Source: Candidatus Binatia bacterium (GTDB lineage Bacteria; Desulfobacterota; Binatia; Bin18). From it: a DNA stretch of 52,758 bases. Below are positions 49,941 to 52,758 of this stretch, one piece after another. Where the stretch lies: assembly GCA_963666315.2 (NCBI GenBank), contig CAXXHG010000031.1, forward strand, positions 1-52,758. The letters run 5' to 3'. Below the pieces are notes generated by a model. That model saw only the letters and a program-made list of their open reading frames with translations, made no database searches and had not been told where the DNA came from. Within the stretch, counting starts at the first letter, position 1; every line of letters begins with the position of its first letter. Position numbers and translations under genes: made by a program.

Positions 49941-50032
49941 TGTCATTCTGAGGCTGGAGGCCGAAGAATCTCTCTGCCACCGCCGCTTCTGAGAGATTCT
50001 TCACCTGCGCTCCGCTGCGGTTCAGAATGACA
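49941..50032. repeat. REP/MITE-like nested palindrome
   Basis: 11-bp terminal inverted repeat TGTCATTCTGA...TCAGAATGACA, with an internal perfect 12-bp stem GAAGAATCTCTC/GAGAGATTCTTC. Confidence 0.85.
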
Positions 50033-50090
50033 CCCTGCATCTTCACTGCGGTCAAATACGAGTCGTATATTTCAGAAGGAGGCGCATGCT

Positions 50091-50444
50091 ATGGCAGAGT
50101 TCACAGTGTATCACAACCCTGGTTGAGGCAAGTCGCGTGGAGCGCTCGATATTTTACAAGAGCGCGGCGTCGAGTTCGACGTTATTGAATACTTAAAGAG
50201 CCCCCTGAGTCGAGACGACTTTGAACGCTTTCTCGATCTTTTGCCGGATTCCCCGGCGGAACTTGTGCGTAAGGACAAAAATTTCAAGGCGCTGGGTCTG
50301 GATGAAAACGCCTATGTCACCCGGGAGGCCGTGGTCGAAGTGCTGCTGCAACATCCTGAACTCATGCAGCGTCCGGTTATTATCAAAGGCCAAAAGGCCG
50401 TCATTGCCCGGCCATCAGAAAAAGTGCTTGAGTTGTTGGATTAA
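50091..50444 (+). CDS. arsC: ArsC/Spx-family arsenate reductase-like protein with in-frame TGA at codon 12 (probable selenocysteine)
   Basis: AGGAGG RBS; MAEFTVYHNPG-TGA-GKSRGALDIL...IEYLK.P...LVRK...HPELMQRPVI...IARP. TGA 50124-50126 aligns with the catalytic Cys of HNPxC. Confidence 0.88.
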
Positions 50445-50467
50445 TCGTCTGTGTGGGGGCAAGCTTA

Positions 50468-51781
50468 TTATCGTGCTTCCCCCACCAAGGTGTGAGCTGT
50501 GGCGGACGTCACATGCACGGGCACGATGTCACCCGGCTGGGCGCCATTGCCCGGAAAGACAACGGTTTTGAACTGTGGGTCTTTGCCGGCCAGCCAATCT
50601 TTTTGCTTTTTCGCCGGCCCTTCAACCAGCACCTCGACCGACTGACCGATCCGCTGCTGATTCAGCTCTCCCCCAATCTGTTCTTGCAGATGAATGATCT
50701 CTTGGAGGCGCCGGCCCTTTTCTTCTTCAGAGAGAGTTTCGCCCCATTTATATGACTTGGTGCCTTCGCGCGCTGAGTATTTAAACATAAAGGCAAAATC
50801 GTAGCGTGTCCTGGCCATAAAATCATAGGTCGCGCGAAAATCGGCTTCCTGTTCGCCTGGGAAGCCGACAATAATGTCAGTTGACAATGCCAGGTTGGGC
50901 ATCGCCTCACGCAACCGATCAACAAGCGCGGCATATGCCTCGACCGTATAACCACGTTCCATACGCGCTAAAACGCGATTCGAAGCCGCCTGCAGCGGCA
51001 GATGCAGATACGGAGCAACCTTGGAGCACGTCGCCATAGCGTCAATCGCACTATCGTCCATGTCGGATGGATGCGGGGAGGTGAAACGAATCCGCTCTAT
51101 CCCCTCTATCTGTGCGGTTTGGTGCAGCAGGCGACCAAAATTCACGTCACCGTCCCGGTAGGCATTCACCGTTTGGCCCAAATAGACAACTTCTTTATAG
51201 CCTTGGTCAGCAAGCTCTCGTACTTGGTCGAGTAACGCTCCAGCCGGGACGCTGCGTTCCCGCCCACGGACATACGGCACGATACAAAACGTACAGAACT
51301 TGTCGCAGCCGCGCATGATGGTCACCCAGGCCCGAATGCCTGCACTGCGTGCGGGGCTGACATCGGCATAGGTCTCATCCCGATCAAGACGGACTGATAC
51401 AAGCGGCTCGTCCGTTTCTTTTTGCGCTAGCAGTGCCGGGAGATTGCGATACGCATCAGGACCCAGCACAAGGTCAAGAAACGGCGCTTTATCAAGCAGC
51501 GTCACCCGATGGTGCTGCGCCATGCAGCCCGTCAGCCCCAGCACGACCCCAGGCTTGCGGGCCTTGTATTTGGCGAGCTCACCAAGCCGACCAATAATCC
51601 GCGCTTCCGCGCGCTCACGAATCGCGCAGGTGTTGAGTAGGATGACGTCGGCTTGATCTGGTGCGCGCGTTGGCTCGTAGCCCTCGGGCTTGAGCAGCCC
51701 CAGAATGAGCTCGGTGTCAGAAATATTCATCTGACACCCGTAGGTCTCGATATAGATCTTGCGTGATTCCCGTAGTTTCAT
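50468..51781 (-). CDS. miaB: tRNA-2-methylthio-N6-dimethylallyladenosine synthase
   Basis: ETYGCQMN, NTCAIRE, GCMAQ, CDKFCTFC radical SAM motif, RFTSPHP, TDIIVGFPGE, YSAREGT, TRAM domain. Confidence 0.96.
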   Translation of the reverse strand: MKLRESRKIYIETYGCQMNISDTELILGLLKPEGYEPTRAPDQADVILLNTCAIRERAEARIIGRLGELAKYKARKPGVVLGLTGCMAQHHRVTLLDKAPFLDLVLGPDAYRNLPALLAQKETDEPLVSVRLDRDETYADVSPARSAGIRAWVTIMRGCDKFCTFCIVPYVRGRERSVPAGALLDQVRELADQGYKEVVYLGQTVNAYRDGDVNFGRLLHQTAQIEGIERIRFTSPHPSDMDDSAIDAMATCSKVAPYLHLPLQAASNRVLARMERGYTVEAYAALVDRLREAMPNLALSTDIIVGFPGEQEADFRATYDFMARTRYDFAFMFKYSAREGTKSYKWGETLSEEEKGRRLQEIIHLQEQIGGELNQQRIGQSVEVLVEGPAKKQKDWLAGKDPQFKTVVFPGNGAQPGDIVPVHVTSATAHTLVGEAR

Positions 51782-52013
51782 AGTTTCAGTCTGTTTCTGG
51801 TCTGTTTAATGAAGGATTTTTGTACCCGTTCCCGAGCCGCAAAGCAACGCCTGAATTGCGGGCCCCAGTACAGAATGGTAGGGTCGAGGCCACAGCCGAC
51901 TGTGTACGGTCTGCTGTACATTGTATAGGAATAGCAGAGAAAGTCAGCCTGCGGAGAAAAGATTGAATCGGACGCTGCCCCCTCAGTTGCGTATGCTCAT
52001 ATAGGAAAACCTT

Positions 52014-52758
52014 ATGCTGGAACGTATTATCTCGCTGCTGCCGAGCAGTACGGAAATTGTGTGCGCCCTGGGGCTCCGGGAGCGTCTCGTTGGGGTCTCG
52101 CATGAGTGTGACTATCCGTCTGATGTCGTGGGTCTGCCCATCCTCATCGAACCCAAGCTTAATCCACGCGGGACAAGCAACGACATCGATACGCGCGTAC
52201 GCCAGATCGTACAGGAAGGTCTCAGCGTCTACCGCATGAAAACAGATCTGCTCCAAGAATTACAGCCGGACGTCATCGTCACCCAAGATCAGTGTGAAGT
52301 CTGTGCCGTCTCCCTACCCGATGTCGAAAACGCCGTGCGCTGTTTTCTGACCCCGGACGTTACCGTTGTGTCGCTAAGACCGGAGCACCTGCGTGATATC
52401 TGGACTGATATCCGCAATGTCGCGGTAGCAACCGGTCAGGAGGCAACCGCCCAGGCGCTCATCCAGAGCTTAAAAGAACGCCTGTGGACAGTCGAACAAA
52501 AAACGCGTCATCTTTCTCGACCGCGTGTGGCCTGCCTGGAATGGCTCGATCCGCTCATGGCTGCCGGGAATTGGATACCCGAACTGGTGAATATTGCGGG
52601 TGGGGAGTATGGTCTGGTCGATGCGGGCGCGCACACGCCGACGATCACCTGGGAGGCACTCGTCGCATACCAGCCCGAGGTGATTGTGATCACGCCGTGT
52701 GGATTTAAAATCCCGCAGTCCCAAACCGATCTCCCCATACTGACGGCCCATCCGCAGT
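52014..52758 (+). CDS. Cobalamin/Fe-siderophore-binding (BtuF-like) protein, 3'-truncated by the window edge
   Basis: Not in the ORF track because it has no stop in the window. MLERIISLLPSSTEIVCALG...VGVSHECDYP...PDVIVTQDQCEVCAVS...RVACLEWLDPLMAAGNWIPELV. Confidence 0.88.
   Translation, partial: MLERIISLLPSSTEIVCALGLRERLVGVSHECDYPSDVVGLPILIEPKLNPRGTSNDIDTRVRQIVQEGLSVYRMKTDLLQELQPDVIVTQDQCEVCAVSLPDVENAVRCFLTPDVTVVSLRPEHLRDIWTDIRNVAVATGQEATAQALIQSLKERLWTVEQKTRHLSRPRVACLEWLDPLMAAGNWIPELVNIAGGEYGLVDAGAHTPTITWEALVAYQPEVIVITPCGFKIPQSQTDLPILTAHPQ

Noticed and set aside
51860-52010. Cobalamin riboswitch before the BtuF-like gene
   Set aside because: Only a GCTGCCCCC fragment resembles the consensus. 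The other conserved elements are not evident and there is too little room before the ATG.
51786-52256. 156-aa minus-strand ORF upstream of miaB
   Set aside because: It overlaps the clear plus-strand BtuF-like gene starting at 52014.

Overview
Moderately GC-rich bacterial chromosome segment. Gene content and style suggest a Deltaproteobacteria-like lineage such as Ca. Binatia (inference, not tested). Housekeeping genes: ahcY (partial), an AmiC-type amidase, glnD, xerD, meaB, a double-length uvrA, pepP, miaB and a partial BtuF-like binding protein. Accessory genes: a tandem amidohydrolase pair, two toxin-antitoxin loci, an ECF41 sigma factor with matching promoters, dehydrogenases, and a five-gene MoxR/DUF58/VWA operon. 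Four genes carry single lesions (two frameshifts, two in-frame stops). Most unusual signal: a family of 7-bp-period repeat arrays in three states. (i) Inverted arms bracket a four-helix-bundle (23S rRNA IVS protein/Avd-like) gene, running from the uvrA stop codon to the RBS of the next gene, so the gene could be looped out of the mRNA. (ii) An empty hairpin of the same design spans a whole stop-to-start intergenic region. (iii) A one-armed array is translated in frame in the UvrA inter-half linker. Also found, and missed or only partly covered by the ORF track: an ArsC-family gene with TGA at the catalytic Cys12 position (probable selenoprotein), a degenerate integron attC-like site beside a mazF locus, and an IS630 remnant. 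All calls are by eye from the sequence; no searches were run.
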